A stretch of 64,000 bases of DNA, from assembly GCA_963712745.1 (NCBI GenBank), contig CAVQJC010000006.1:32001-96000 (forward strand), written 5' to 3'. Origin of the DNA: an uncultured Chloroflexia bacterium (GTDB taxonomy: Bacteria; Chloroflexota; Limnocylindria; Limnocylindrales; CSP1-4). The translations under genes and the position numbers were made by a program. The notes under the pieces were generated by a model that made no database searches, was not told the DNA's origin, and was given only the letters and a program-made list of their open reading frames with translations. Below, one piece after another: positions 20,263 through 28,757 of this stretch; positions within the stretch are counted from its first letter, which is position 1, and the number at the start of each line of letters is the position of its first letter.

Positions 20263-20999
20263 GCGCCGCGGGGTTCGCCAGCGAGGAAGACCTCTACGCC
20301 CCGGTGAAGGCCTTCCTCGAGGGCCAGGGCTACGAAGTCAAGTCCGAGATCCAAGGCTGCGATCTGGTGGCCCGTCGAGCCGACGAGCCGCCGGTCATCG
20401 TCGAGCTCAAGACCGGTTTCACCCTGCCGCTCGTCCTCCAGGGCATCGACCGACTGGCGCTCACCGAGCAGGTCTACCTGGCGGTGGCCGTGGCCGCACG
20501 GCCGGCCCCGAACTCGCTCTGGCGTCGTGATCGCCGGGGCATCCTGAAGCTCTGTCGCCGCCTGGGCCTGGGCCTCCTGGTGGTCCACGAGCCTGGCGCG
20601 GCCGGTCCGCCCCTGGTGGAGCCGCTGCTGGACCCGACGACCTACCGGCCGCGCACCGACAAGCGGCGGCGCGGGCTCCTGCTCAAGGAGTTCGCGCACC
20701 GCGTCGGCGACCCCAACACCGGTGGCACCAATCGGCGCCCGATCGTCACTGCCTATCGGCAGGCGGCACTACGTTGCGCGGCCTTTCTCGCGGAGCACGG
20801 CGCCACCAAGGCCTCCAGGGTGGCGCGGGCGACGGGGGTGGCCAAGGCGACTGCGATCATGTATGGCGACGTCTACGGCTGGTTCGGGCGGGTCGAGCGT
20901 GGGATCTACACGTTGTCGCCCAAGGGCGAAGCCGCGGTCAAGACCTACGCCGACGTCATCGCCGGTCTGGGTCAAGACGCAGACGAGCCGACCGCCTGA
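20259..20999 (+). CDS. DUF2161 family putative PD-(D/E)XK protein
   Basis: EEDLYAPVKAFLEGQGYEVKSEI..CDLVA, IVELK, GDPNTGG, TAYRQ.AL, YGWF.RVERGIY.L. Confidence 0.88.
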   Translation: MSAAGFASEEDLYAPVKAFLEGQGYEVKSEIQGCDLVARRADEPPVIVELKTGFTLPLVLQGIDRLALTEQVYLAVAVAARPAPNSLWRRDRRGILKLCRRLGLGLLVVHEPGAAGPPLVEPLLDPTTYRPRTDKRRRGLLLKEFAHRVGDPNTGGTNRRPIVTAYRQAALRCAAFLAEHGATKASRVARATGVAKATAIMYGDVYGWFGRVERGIYTLSPKGEAAVKTYADVIAGLGQDADEPTA

Positions 21000-21019
21000 T
21001 CCGCGCTAGGCTGGGCTCG

Positions 21020-21883
21020 ATGGTCCTTATCAGGTCGTTCGCGCTCGGCACCTTCGCGGCCACCATCGCCGTCCTCGTGTGGCTGGGCCTGCCACGACTG
21101 CTCAACGCCCTCGGGCTGCACCGGCCCTATCGGATCCCGCCACTGGACCTGCGTGGGAAGCGCGCGCTGATAGTGACCACCAGCACCAGCACCATGGCTG
21201 AGACGGGCAAGGCCACGGGGGTGTTCGCGTCAGAGATGACCGGGTCCTACTACGCCTTCGCAGACGCCGGCATGGAGGTCGACGTCGCCAGCATCGCAGG
21301 CGGGCCGGTGCCGATCGAGGCGATCTCGCTGCGCTGGCCGCTGGCCACGCCGACCGACCGGCGCTACCAGCAAGATCCCGACTTCCGCGCCAAGACCGGC
21401 CGGTCACTGCCCATCGGGGAAGTGGAGGTCGATGACTACGACATCGTCTTCCTGGCGGGCGGCTGGGGTGCCGCCTACGACCTGGGCCGGTCCGTCGAGT
21501 TGGGCACGAAGGTTTCCGAGGCCTATGCCGGCGGGGCCGTCGTCGGTGGCGTCTGTCACGGCCCGCTCGGATTGCTGAACGTGAACGCGCCCGACGGCTC
21601 CCCACTGCTGAAGGGCCGGCGCGTGACGGCCGTCACCGACAAGCAGATCGCTGAGCTGAGGATCACCCATACGCCCATGCATCCAGAGCGGGACCTGCGC
21701 GCCGCTGGGGTCGTCTTCGAGTCGGAGCGCCGCTTCCAGGATGTGCTGGCGAGCCACGTCGTGAGCGATGGCCGCATCGTTACCGGGCAGAACCAGAACA
21801 GTGCTGTCGAGACCGCGCACAGGATGATGGAGCTGGCAGCGGCCCCGCGGACCGGAGCGCCCACGACCGCAGGGGACCGGTAG
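21020..21883 (+). CDS. DJ-1/PfpI (type 1 glutamine amidotransferase-like) protein with N-terminal TM
   Basis: TGVFASE, LAGGWGAAYDL, GVCHGP, VTGQNQNS. Confidence 0.85.
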   Translation: MVLIRSFALGTFAATIAVLVWLGLPRLLNALGLHRPYRIPPLDLRGKRALIVTTSTSTMAETGKATGVFASEMTGSYYAFADAGMEVDVASIAGGPVPIEAISLRWPLATPTDRRYQQDPDFRAKTGRSLPIGEVEVDDYDIVFLAGGWGAAYDLGRSVELGTKVSEAYAGGAVVGGVCHGPLGLLNVNAPDGSPLLKGRRVTAVTDKQIAELRITHTPMHPERDLRAAGVVFESERRFQDVLASHVVSDGRIVTGQNQNSAVETAHRMMELAAAPRTGAPTTAGDR

Positions 21884-21975
21884 CCCAGATCGTTTGCCAA
21901 CATGGGCCGGACGGATGGCGCAGCGCAGACCGAGTGTGACAAACTGCGCCTACACCCAGAGATAGGGAGAGAACC

Positions 21976-22966
21976 TTGGCGGACGATTACCTCAAGCAGC
22001 TGCTCTCGCGCGACGAGGTCGTGCTCATCGATGCCAGGCAGCACTGGATGGCCGCGATCCGGTTCGCACTCAAGCCCATCCTGCTGATCGGCGGCGTCAT
22101 CCTGCTGTTGATCCTCAACAACATCTTCCAGTTCGACGGGTTCCTGAGTTTCATCAACGACGTCGTCGCCCTCCTGCTGGTCATCGGCATCATCGTGGCG
22201 GTCATCTGGCTGCCGGTCGACCTGGTCCGCTGGCGCAGTCGCAAGTACGTGCTCACGAACCGCCGTGTGATGCGGCTCGATGGCGTCATCAACAAGAACA
22301 GCTTCGACTCGTCGCTCGAGAAGATCAACGACATCGAGTCGAACCAGCCGTTGGTGGGTCGTCTTCTCGGCTACACCAACCTCACCATCTACACCGCCTC
22401 CGATCAGGCCAACGAGCAGTACAACCAGCTCATCGACGGGCTGCAGTTCAAGAAGGCAGTGCTCGACGCCAAGGAAGGAATCCGCGCGCTCGCACCGCTG
22501 ACCGCGTTGCCGGAAGGCTTCGTGGTCCGTGGCGGTACCAACGAGGCTTCCATGCGGGCTGACGGCAAGCTACAGCCTGAGCCTCAGCCACGAGCCCGAG
22601 CCCGAGCCCGAGCCCGAGGAGCCTGCAGCCCCAGTGTCTGCACCAGCCGCGACCGAGCCGGAGCCTGTACCTGAGCCTGTACCGGAGCCCGTACCTGTGC
22701 CGGAGCCAGAGCCGGAGCCCGAGCCCGTACCTGAGCCGGAGCCGGAGCCTGAGCCGGAGCCAGAGCCGGAGCCCGAGCCCGTACCTGAGCCGGAGCCAGA
22801 GCCGGAGCCAGAGCCAGAGCCGGAGCCAGAGCCCGTACCTGAGCCAGAGCCCGTACCTGAACCCGAGCCCGAGCCCGAGCCTATACCCGAGCCGGAGCCT
22901 GAGGAACCTACCTCCGCTGAAGCCAAGCCCGAAGACAGCAGCCCGGACGAAGACACCAAGGCCTGA
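21976..22966 (+). CDS. Bacterial PH-domain (bPH_2) membrane protein with Pro-Glu-rich tail; frameshift near 22590
   Basis: Two TMs, then YVLTNRRV...LEKINDI...GRLLGY. The (PE)n tail continues in the 22529..22966 frame. Confidence 0.75.
22574..22905 (+). repeat. Coding low-complexity (PE/PV)n repeat
   Basis: Degenerate CCN-GAG hexamer array. Confidence 0.9.
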
Positions 22967-22976
22967 TCTCCCCGTG

Positions 22977-22992
22977 GCACCGTATACGGTGC
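22977..22992. promoter_or_regulatory. Perfect 16-bp palindrome GCACCGTATACGGTGC
   Basis: Directly upstream of the AGGAGG RBS of the 23007 gene. Confidence 0.45.
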
Positions 22993-23006
22993 ACAGGAGG
23001 TAGCCC

Positions 23007-23198
23007 ATGCCGCGACGCCCACTCACGACCGATCAGAAGCGTGCGCTGGCGATCACGGTCATCGTGGCCATCGCCGTCGGCGTGCTCATCATCGCGATGT
23101 GGCAGTTGGCGGCGGCACTCGGCATCGGCCTGTGGGCCGTCGTCATCGTCGCCGCTGTCATCGTTGTGGCGATCATCCTGCTCCTGGCCAACGGATAG
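23007..23198 (+). CDS. Small two-TM membrane protein
   Basis: Strong RBS; basic N-terminus followed by two hydrophobic helices. Confidence 0.7.
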   Translation: MPRRPLTTDQKRALAITVIVAIAVGVLIIAMWQLAAALGIGLWAVVIVAAVIVVAIILLLANG

Positions 23199-23336
23199 GG
23201 GCCTGGGGTCCGCGGTGCGCGGACCTGCCTCAGGGCCGCAGCGGAGCCCGTTCGGCTGCCTCGCGGGCGTGTCCTGGCACACGGCCGGTGTGTGGCCGCA
23301 TCCTCACGATGGAGGGTCTCAGCAGCCAGGAGAACC

Positions 23337-23924
23337 ATGACCGACCATCTCCACTACGACCACCACCACACACATCAGGACCTGGCCGAGCCGCCCGATT
23401 ACGCGAGCTGGGTGAAGTCCCAACGCCTGAGCAAGGACAGCTACTTCAAGCGGGCGGCGCGCAGCCCCATCCCGGCCGGGGAGCGGGCGACGTTCGGAGG
23501 CCTCCACTACTTCCCCGTCGACGCGTCGCTGCGTTTCGAGTTCCTGACGCTGGGCTCACTGCCCGACGGGCTGGAGCCCGAGATCCACGTGCAGACGTCG
23601 GATGGTGCTGTGCGGCATGGTGAGCGCGTGGGCACCTTCGACTTCACCGTCGACGGTGTCGGCTATCAGCTGGTCGCCATGCGACTGGTCGACAGCCTCG
23701 GCGACGAGTTGTTCGTGCCCTTCCGCGACGCGACCAACGGCGCCGAGACCTACGAGGCCGGACGGTATCTCGACCTGGCCCCGCAGGACGACGGCACCTA
23801 CGACCTCGACTTCAATCTTGCCTATGCGCCGTTCTGCGCCTATTCGCCCGCCTACTCGTGTCCATTGCCACCACCGGAGAACTGGCTCACGGTGCGTATC
23901 GAAGCCGGCGAACGCGAAACCTGA
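23337..23924 (+). CDS. DUF1684 domain protein
   Basis: LFVPFRDATNG.ETY.AGRYLD, LDFNLAY.PFCAYS..YSCPLPP.EN.L...IEAGE. Confidence 0.93.
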   Translation: MTDHLHYDHHHTHQDLAEPPDYASWVKSQRLSKDSYFKRAARSPIPAGERATFGGLHYFPVDASLRFEFLTLGSLPDGLEPEIHVQTSDGAVRHGERVGTFDFTVDGVGYQLVAMRLVDSLGDELFVPFRDATNGAETYEAGRYLDLAPQDDGTYDLDFNLAYAPFCAYSPAYSCPLPPPENWLTVRIEAGERET

Positions 23925-23978
23925 CACCTTTGCGCCTCGGCGCTATCGTGAGACACCCCACGCCGAGGTACGACACCC

Positions 23979-24446
23979 GTGACACACGAATACGTCATCG
24001 CACTCAACGGTGAGGTCGCTCCCCATGTGCCCGGCCCCGACGGCATTGCGGCCACGGCCGTGGGCTGGGCTGCTGAGGCCGTGCTGGCTGTTGGCTCCGA
24101 CGAGGTGGTAAGACGGATCTCACGCGGCGACTCGACGTTTCTCGATCTCGACGGTTGCGTGGTGACCGCGCTGCCGAACGACCCCGAGCGGGCGGACACC
24201 ATCATCCGCGCCACCACCGATCCGGCGCTCGACATCAGCTCCCTGCTCGTCAGGGAAGGGCTGCTGGGGCCGGATCCCATGCTCGAACCCGGCTCGGCGG
24301 CCGACCTCGCGTTCTGGGGTCTGGGCCCTGACCCGGGCGCTCCGGACGGACGCGTCACCATGCACCTCGTGGCCATGGTGCGCGGCGGCGCCTTCACCGA
24401 GGGTGACGAGCACCGCGGACCGTTCCCCGAACCTGGGCCACGCTAG
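23979..24446 (+). CDS. Hypothetical protein resembling the beta-sandwich of an amidohydrolase without the TIM barrel
   Basis: AVLAVGSD...LDLDGCVV (N-terminal part) joined to LEPGSAADLAF...MVRGG (C-terminal part). Confidence 0.6.
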   Translation: MTHEYVIALNGEVAPHVPGPDGIAATAVGWAAEAVLAVGSDEVVRRISRGDSTFLDLDGCVVTALPNDPERADTIIRATTDPALDISSLLVREGLLGPDPMLEPGSAADLAFWGLGPDPGAPDGRVTMHLVAMVRGGAFTEGDEHRGPFPEPGPR

Positions 24447-24775
24447 ACGTCGTCGAGGAAGGCCTCCAGCGTGCGCACACGTTGGGCCACGCCAGCTTCG
24501 ATGATGTCCCAGTCGTCGCTGCTGACGACACGCGGCACGATTTCGAGAGGGATGGGCCGCTCCTCACCGGCGTGGTCGAACGTCACGTCCTGGGCCAGGT
24601 AGTTCGAAGCCAGCGCCTCGGCACGCTGCCGCACATCCTCCTGTGAGAGGCCCTCGATCTCGCGGTAGACGGCCTCGTACGGGGCGCGAGGTCGTCCCTC
24701 GACGTCCATGGCTTCGTCCCAGGCACGGCGGGGTGCGTAGCTGAGCCAGGGGGTTCTGCGTTCGGCCCGCCCATC
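24443..24775 (-). pseudogene. N-terminal fragment of a circularly permuted ATP-grasp (type 2) protein
   Basis: AWDEAMDVEGRPRAPY...VTF...ERPIPLEIVPRVV..DW..IEAGVAQRVRTLEAFLDDV*, truncated at about 100 aa. Confidence 0.75.
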
Positions 24776-24793
24776 GCGACCGAGGGTGGCGGG

Positions 24794-26245
24794 TCAAGCG
24801 AAGAGCGGCAGCGAGGACTCCTCGGCGCAGCGGGCCTCGACGGCCTGCGGGTCGGTCGGCGTCATGGCCGTCAGGTTCTCGATGCCGTCGGCGGTGACCA
24901 GCAGGTCGTCCTCGATGCGCACGCCGATACCAAGGTACTCCGCGGGCACCTCGAACTCGAACGTGCCGGCGCGAGCATCGCGCTGCTCGATCTCGGCCCT
25001 GGCCCCAGCCGCTCCAAGCTCGAAGGCCAGGCGCAGTCGCTCATCGGGATCGTAGGCCGCATGCGAGAGCGTCAAGGTGGCCTTGTCGCGAGCCACGTAG
25101 ATGCCGGGCTCCACGGTCAGCACCATGCCCGGCTCCAGCGGCCGCCCGGCACCACCCTCCAGCCGCGAGGCGCCGGCATCATGCACGTCGATGCCCAGCC
25201 AGTGGCCGGTGCCGTGGAAGAAGAAGCGGCGATACCAGCCCTTCTCGATGACTTCCTCGGCCGAACCGGGCAGCAGCCCCAACTCGACCATCCCCGCCGA
25301 GAGCACCTCCACGGCGCGCGTATTCATGTCGGTGAACGGCAGCCCCGGCCGGCCAAGGCCGATGACCTTGCGCTGGGCATTCAGCACCAGCTCGTAGATG
25401 GCCCGCTGCGGCTCGCTGAAGCGGCCGTTGACCGGGAAGGTGCGGGTGATGTCCGAGGTCAGGTGGTGGAACTCGGCAGCCGCATCGACGAGCAGCAACT
25501 CGCCGTCGACGAGCACACCGTCGTTCGCCACGTAGTGGAGGATGCAGGCGTTGTCGCCGCCGGCCACGATCGAGCCGTAGCCCACGCGTTCCGCGCCCAT
25601 CGCGCCGAAGACGTACTCCAGGGCCGCCTGCACCTGTCGCTCCGTGCGGCCGGGGGCAGCGAAGCGCATGGCCTCGTCGTGAGCCGCGGCGCTGATGCGA
25701 CAGGCTTCGCGCAGCGCCTCGATCTCGGCAGGCGACTTGACCAGCCGCAGCTCGGCCAGGAGCGACCCGATGTCGACGAGCCGGTCGGGCACGCCCATGC
25801 CCGACCGGTCCGCGTAGCCGCGCACCGCGCGAATGGTCCCGAGCACCGCGTCGTCGAGTGGCCCACCGAGCGTGTAGCCGACCGAGCGCCGCCCGGGCAG
25901 GCGAACTCGCAGCCAGTCCTCGAGGTCGTCGATCGGATGCGCCGCATCTGCGCCGTAGCGCTCGACGGCACCTTCCAGTCCGGCCCGCAGGCCGGTCCAC
26001 GCCTCGGCTTCGGGGTCGCGCGGCCGGACGAAGAGCGTGAACGCCCCTTGCGCGGTGGCATCGAGGACGGCCACCGCGTCGGGCTCGTTGAAGCCGGTCA
26101 GGAAATGGAAGTCGGAGGCCTGGCGAAACGGGTGTGGGACATCGTCATTGCGGATCTGCTCCCGCCCAGCGGGGACGATGGCGATGGTCTCGCCCAGCCG
26201 AGCCAGCAGCGCGGCGCGGCGCTCGGCGAAACGGTCGGTGCTCAT
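24794..26245 (-). CDS. pepP: Xaa-Pro aminopeptidase P
   Basis: FRQASDF.FLTGF.EP, LVDAAAE, SDITRTFP, HGTGHWLGIDVHD, TVEPGIY, GVRIEDD. Confidence 0.93.
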   Translation of the reverse strand: MSTDRFAERRAALLARLGETIAIVPAGREQIRNDDVPHPFRQASDFHFLTGFNEPDAVAVLDATAQGAFTLFVRPRDPEAEAWTGLRAGLEGAVERYGADAAHPIDDLEDWLRVRLPGRRSVGYTLGGPLDDAVLGTIRAVRGYADRSGMGVPDRLVDIGSLLAELRLVKSPAEIEALREACRISAAAHDEAMRFAAPGRTERQVQAALEYVFGAMGAERVGYGSIVAGGDNACILHYVANDGVLVDGELLLVDAAAEFHHLTSDITRTFPVNGRFSEPQRAIYELVLNAQRKVIGLGRPGLPFTDMNTRAVEVLSAGMVELGLLPGSAEEVIEKGWYRRFFFHGTGHWLGIDVHDAGASRLEGGAGRPLEPGMVLTVEPGIYVARDKATLTLSHAAYDPDERLRLAFELGAAGARAEIEQRDARAGTFEFEVPAEYLGIGVRIEDDLLVTADGIENLTAMTPTDPQAVEARCAEESSLPLFA

Positions 26246-26278
26246 GGACCGGAGCGTAGCGGCTCGACGGCGAGGCGG

Positions 26279-27406
26279 TCAGCGGATGAGCAGGTCGGCC
26301 ACCGAGGCCGGCCCCAGAGACGTCCCGAACTCCTGCGTCGGCCAGGCACCGGCCAGCGTCAGGATGCGGCCACCCTTCCCCGACGAGAGCGTGGTCTCCT
26401 CCTTCTTGGCACCGGGCAGCGTGATGAACCAGTTGAAGAGGCCGCGCTCGGGCACCGTGTCCGACGGCCGCTCGACATGGGCGATCTCGCACAGCGCGAA
26501 GCCGGTCTGCCCACCCTGCCAGTGATCGCGCCAGGCGCGGGGGTATCCGCGACGGGAGTAGATCTCGCGCTGGCCGTCGAGGATGGTCGAGTAGGCCACG
26601 CCCGGACGGGTCATGGCCACGCTCCAGCCCTCGACCTCGCTGACGACGGCGAAGCGCTCGACCAGCTCGTCATCGGGCTTGCCCAGGCTGACCATGCGCG
26701 TGGCGATGGCGTGCTGGCCCCAGCGGTTGACGGTGGGATGGAGAAGAGCCAGCCGGTCCAGGCGGGCACCCCGGGCCACGGGGTGCCGGTACCGCCCGAT
26801 GCGCTCATCGAAGCCGATCATCATCTCGTCGACGGCCAATCCATCACGCAGGTAGGTGGCGGTCAGCAGTGCGGCTGCGTCGTACTCGGTCGTGCCCGGT
26901 TCCAGCGCCTCCGCAGCAACGCGGCAGCCGGCATCGAGCCGGGCACCGATCCACTCGGCGCGGCGAAGCTCCAGGTCGGTCAGGGGATACTGTGCCTCGC
27001 GCAGATACTCGGCCGCCGGCTCGGTACGCGGCAGGCCGCAGTCGGACAGAACGGGACCCTCCCCTGCCAGCCGGCGGGCCACCGTTTCGGGCGACTCCTC
27101 GTCCCAGTGCTGGGCCACGACCTTGACGTCCTCGGGCAGTTCCTCATCCTGGAAGCGGCGGGCGTCCATGACCCAGGTGACGACTTTGCGCCATTTGCGA
27201 TGGACGACCACGAAGCCCCAGGCACGCTCGCTCGAGATCTGGATGCGCAGGTCGGCGCCGCAGAGGGCCCAGGCCGCGTGACTGGCCTGCCCCAGGATGA
27301 GCGCCTCGGCGGCGGCCTCGTCGAGCAGGGCCTCGAGCTGAGCGAGTCGATGCTCGTGATCGGCAGGGGTCGCGCGCAGGAAGGCCGGGTCGTGCTCTTC
27401 GGTCAT
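26279..27406 (-). CDS. M24-fold (creatinase/peptidase-like) protein with divergent metal ligands
   Basis: PGTTE..AA, YRHP, ATRMV, HWQGGQTGF, PGAKKEET. Confidence 0.75.
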   Translation of the reverse strand: MTEEHDPAFLRATPADHEHRLAQLEALLDEAAAEALILGQASHAAWALCGADLRIQISSERAWGFVVVHRKWRKVVTWVMDARRFQDEELPEDVKVVAQHWDEESPETVARRLAGEGPVLSDCGLPRTEPAAEYLREAQYPLTDLELRRAEWIGARLDAGCRVAAEALEPGTTEYDAAALLTATYLRDGLAVDEMMIGFDERIGRYRHPVARGARLDRLALLHPTVNRWGQHAIATRMVSLGKPDDELVERFAVVSEVEGWSVAMTRPGVAYSTILDGQREIYSRRGYPRAWRDHWQGGQTGFALCEIAHVERPSDTVPERGLFNWFITLPGAKKEETTLSSGKGGRILTLAGAWPTQEFGTSLGPASVADLLIR

Positions 27407-27506
27407 GTCCCGACTGTAGCCGCTGTGGGCTGCGGCACAGACGCCGATCCGGCTGGGACAGACCCTGCCCTGGTCACGCCCGACACCCAGCGGAGGAGAC
27501 TCGCCC

Positions 27507-28622
27507 ATGGACCGCTACCGATACGCCCTTTCCCGCCGACACTTCCTGCAGGCCTCGGCCGCGACGGTGGGCGCAGCCGCGCTCGCCGGCCTCCTGCCAC
27601 GGACGCTGCTGGCCCAGGTCGAACCCGGGGCCTTCGAGGTCACCAGCCCGAACCCCACGCCCGACAGCCAGGCCACGGTGCTCGTGGACGACGTGCTCGA
27701 CTTCAGGCTGCGCGGGGATTTCGCCTGGAACGGAGGCTGGGTCCAGTTCCGGCTGCACGAGGGTCGCATCGACGGCGAGCCCATCTGGTACATCCGCACC
27801 GATACCAGCGACCAGACCTTCGCGAGCGACGAAGGTCTGGTGTGGGTGCCACTGCTGGGGCTGGCCCGCTCGGTGGAGGGTGGCACCGGCCGCATCTACC
27901 TCTTCGATGACGGGCGACCGGCGGTGCTCTCGACCGGACCCGGTCGCGACGATTTCACCCCGCTCTACGAGGTCGTTCACGTGCGCGGCGATGGAGCCGG
28001 CGCGCTGGAGTCGGCAACGGCCGTGGAGGAGGCGGCCGCTGCCGGCACGGTCACGCTCGAAGAGACGCCGGTGGTGGTCAACTACCCGGCGGTCAAGTGG
28101 CCCGGAGGCGAGCTGCCGGTCGACTCGGTGGTGGAGCTGCCGCTGGCCAATGGGCCGCTGCTGGAAGCGCCGGATACGTCGGCCGGCACGGTCACCTTCA
28201 AGCTGCACCAGTGCTACCCGGAGAGCCGCTACATCATCACTGACACCTCGGCCGTGCCCATGGCACCGATGATGTCCATCCCCGGCTCGCCGGCCACGGC
28301 CGGTCTGGGCGCGGTCGGAGCGGCCTCCACCATCACCGTCTTCGGCAACGGCCTCAGCGGGCCGGGCGCCATGGGCTTCCAGCCAGGCGTCTTCCGCGAG
28401 AAGGCCGGTGAGCCGGCCTGGAGCCCGCTGTGGGACCACTTCACCGCAGTGTGGAAGGATCCCGCCGCCGCCACCCTGTTGACGACCCAGGCCGAGATCA
28501 GCGAGCTCGTCGCTTCCGGAGCGCTGGAACTCTTCGTGGGTACTCCCGATACCGGCGGCCAGGGCTTCGTCGTCAACTGCCCTGCACCGATCACCGCGCC
28601 CAACGATTTCGTCGTTTCGTAG
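27507..28622 (+). CDS. Tat-exported protein with two internally repeated domains
   Basis: SRRHFLQ twin-arginine signal; repeated YI.TDTS...(F/W)(T/S)PL(Y/W)...VVN(Y/C)P. Confidence 0.75.
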   Translation: MDRYRYALSRRHFLQASAATVGAAALAGLLPRTLLAQVEPGAFEVTSPNPTPDSQATVLVDDVLDFRLRGDFAWNGGWVQFRLHEGRIDGEPIWYIRTDTSDQTFASDEGLVWVPLLGLARSVEGGTGRIYLFDDGRPAVLSTGPGRDDFTPLYEVVHVRGDGAGALESATAVEEAAAAGTVTLEETPVVVNYPAVKWPGGELPVDSVVELPLANGPLLEAPDTSAGTVTFKLHQCYPESRYIITDTSAVPMAPMMSIPGSPATAGLGAVGAASTITVFGNGLSGPGAMGFQPGVFREKAGEPAWSPLWDHFTAVWKDPAAATLLTTQAEISELVASGALELFVGTPDTGGQGFVVNCPAPITAPNDFVVS

Positions 28623-28660
28623 TCCAGTCGTTTCGTGGGCGCGCCTCACGCCGTGGGTCG

Positions 28661-28718
28661 TACGATGTAAGGGCAAAGCCGTACGGTGTAAGACTATCAA
28701 CACCCTACACTGTAAGGG
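28661..28718. promoter_or_regulatory. Three TAC-N3-GTAAG boxes, candidate TetR operators
   Basis: TACGATGTAAG (28661), TACGGTGTAAG (28682), TACACTGTAAG (28706), upstream of a -10-like TAGAGT at 28728. Confidence 0.65.
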
Positions 28719-28757
28719 ACCGTACCCTAGAGTCGCGGTACAGGGAAAGGAGGAGCG

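Noticed and set aside
25061-27910. 949-aa plus-strand ORF
   Set aside because: Antisense shadow of pepP and the M24 gene; stop-poor frames are expected at this GC content and it has no motifs.
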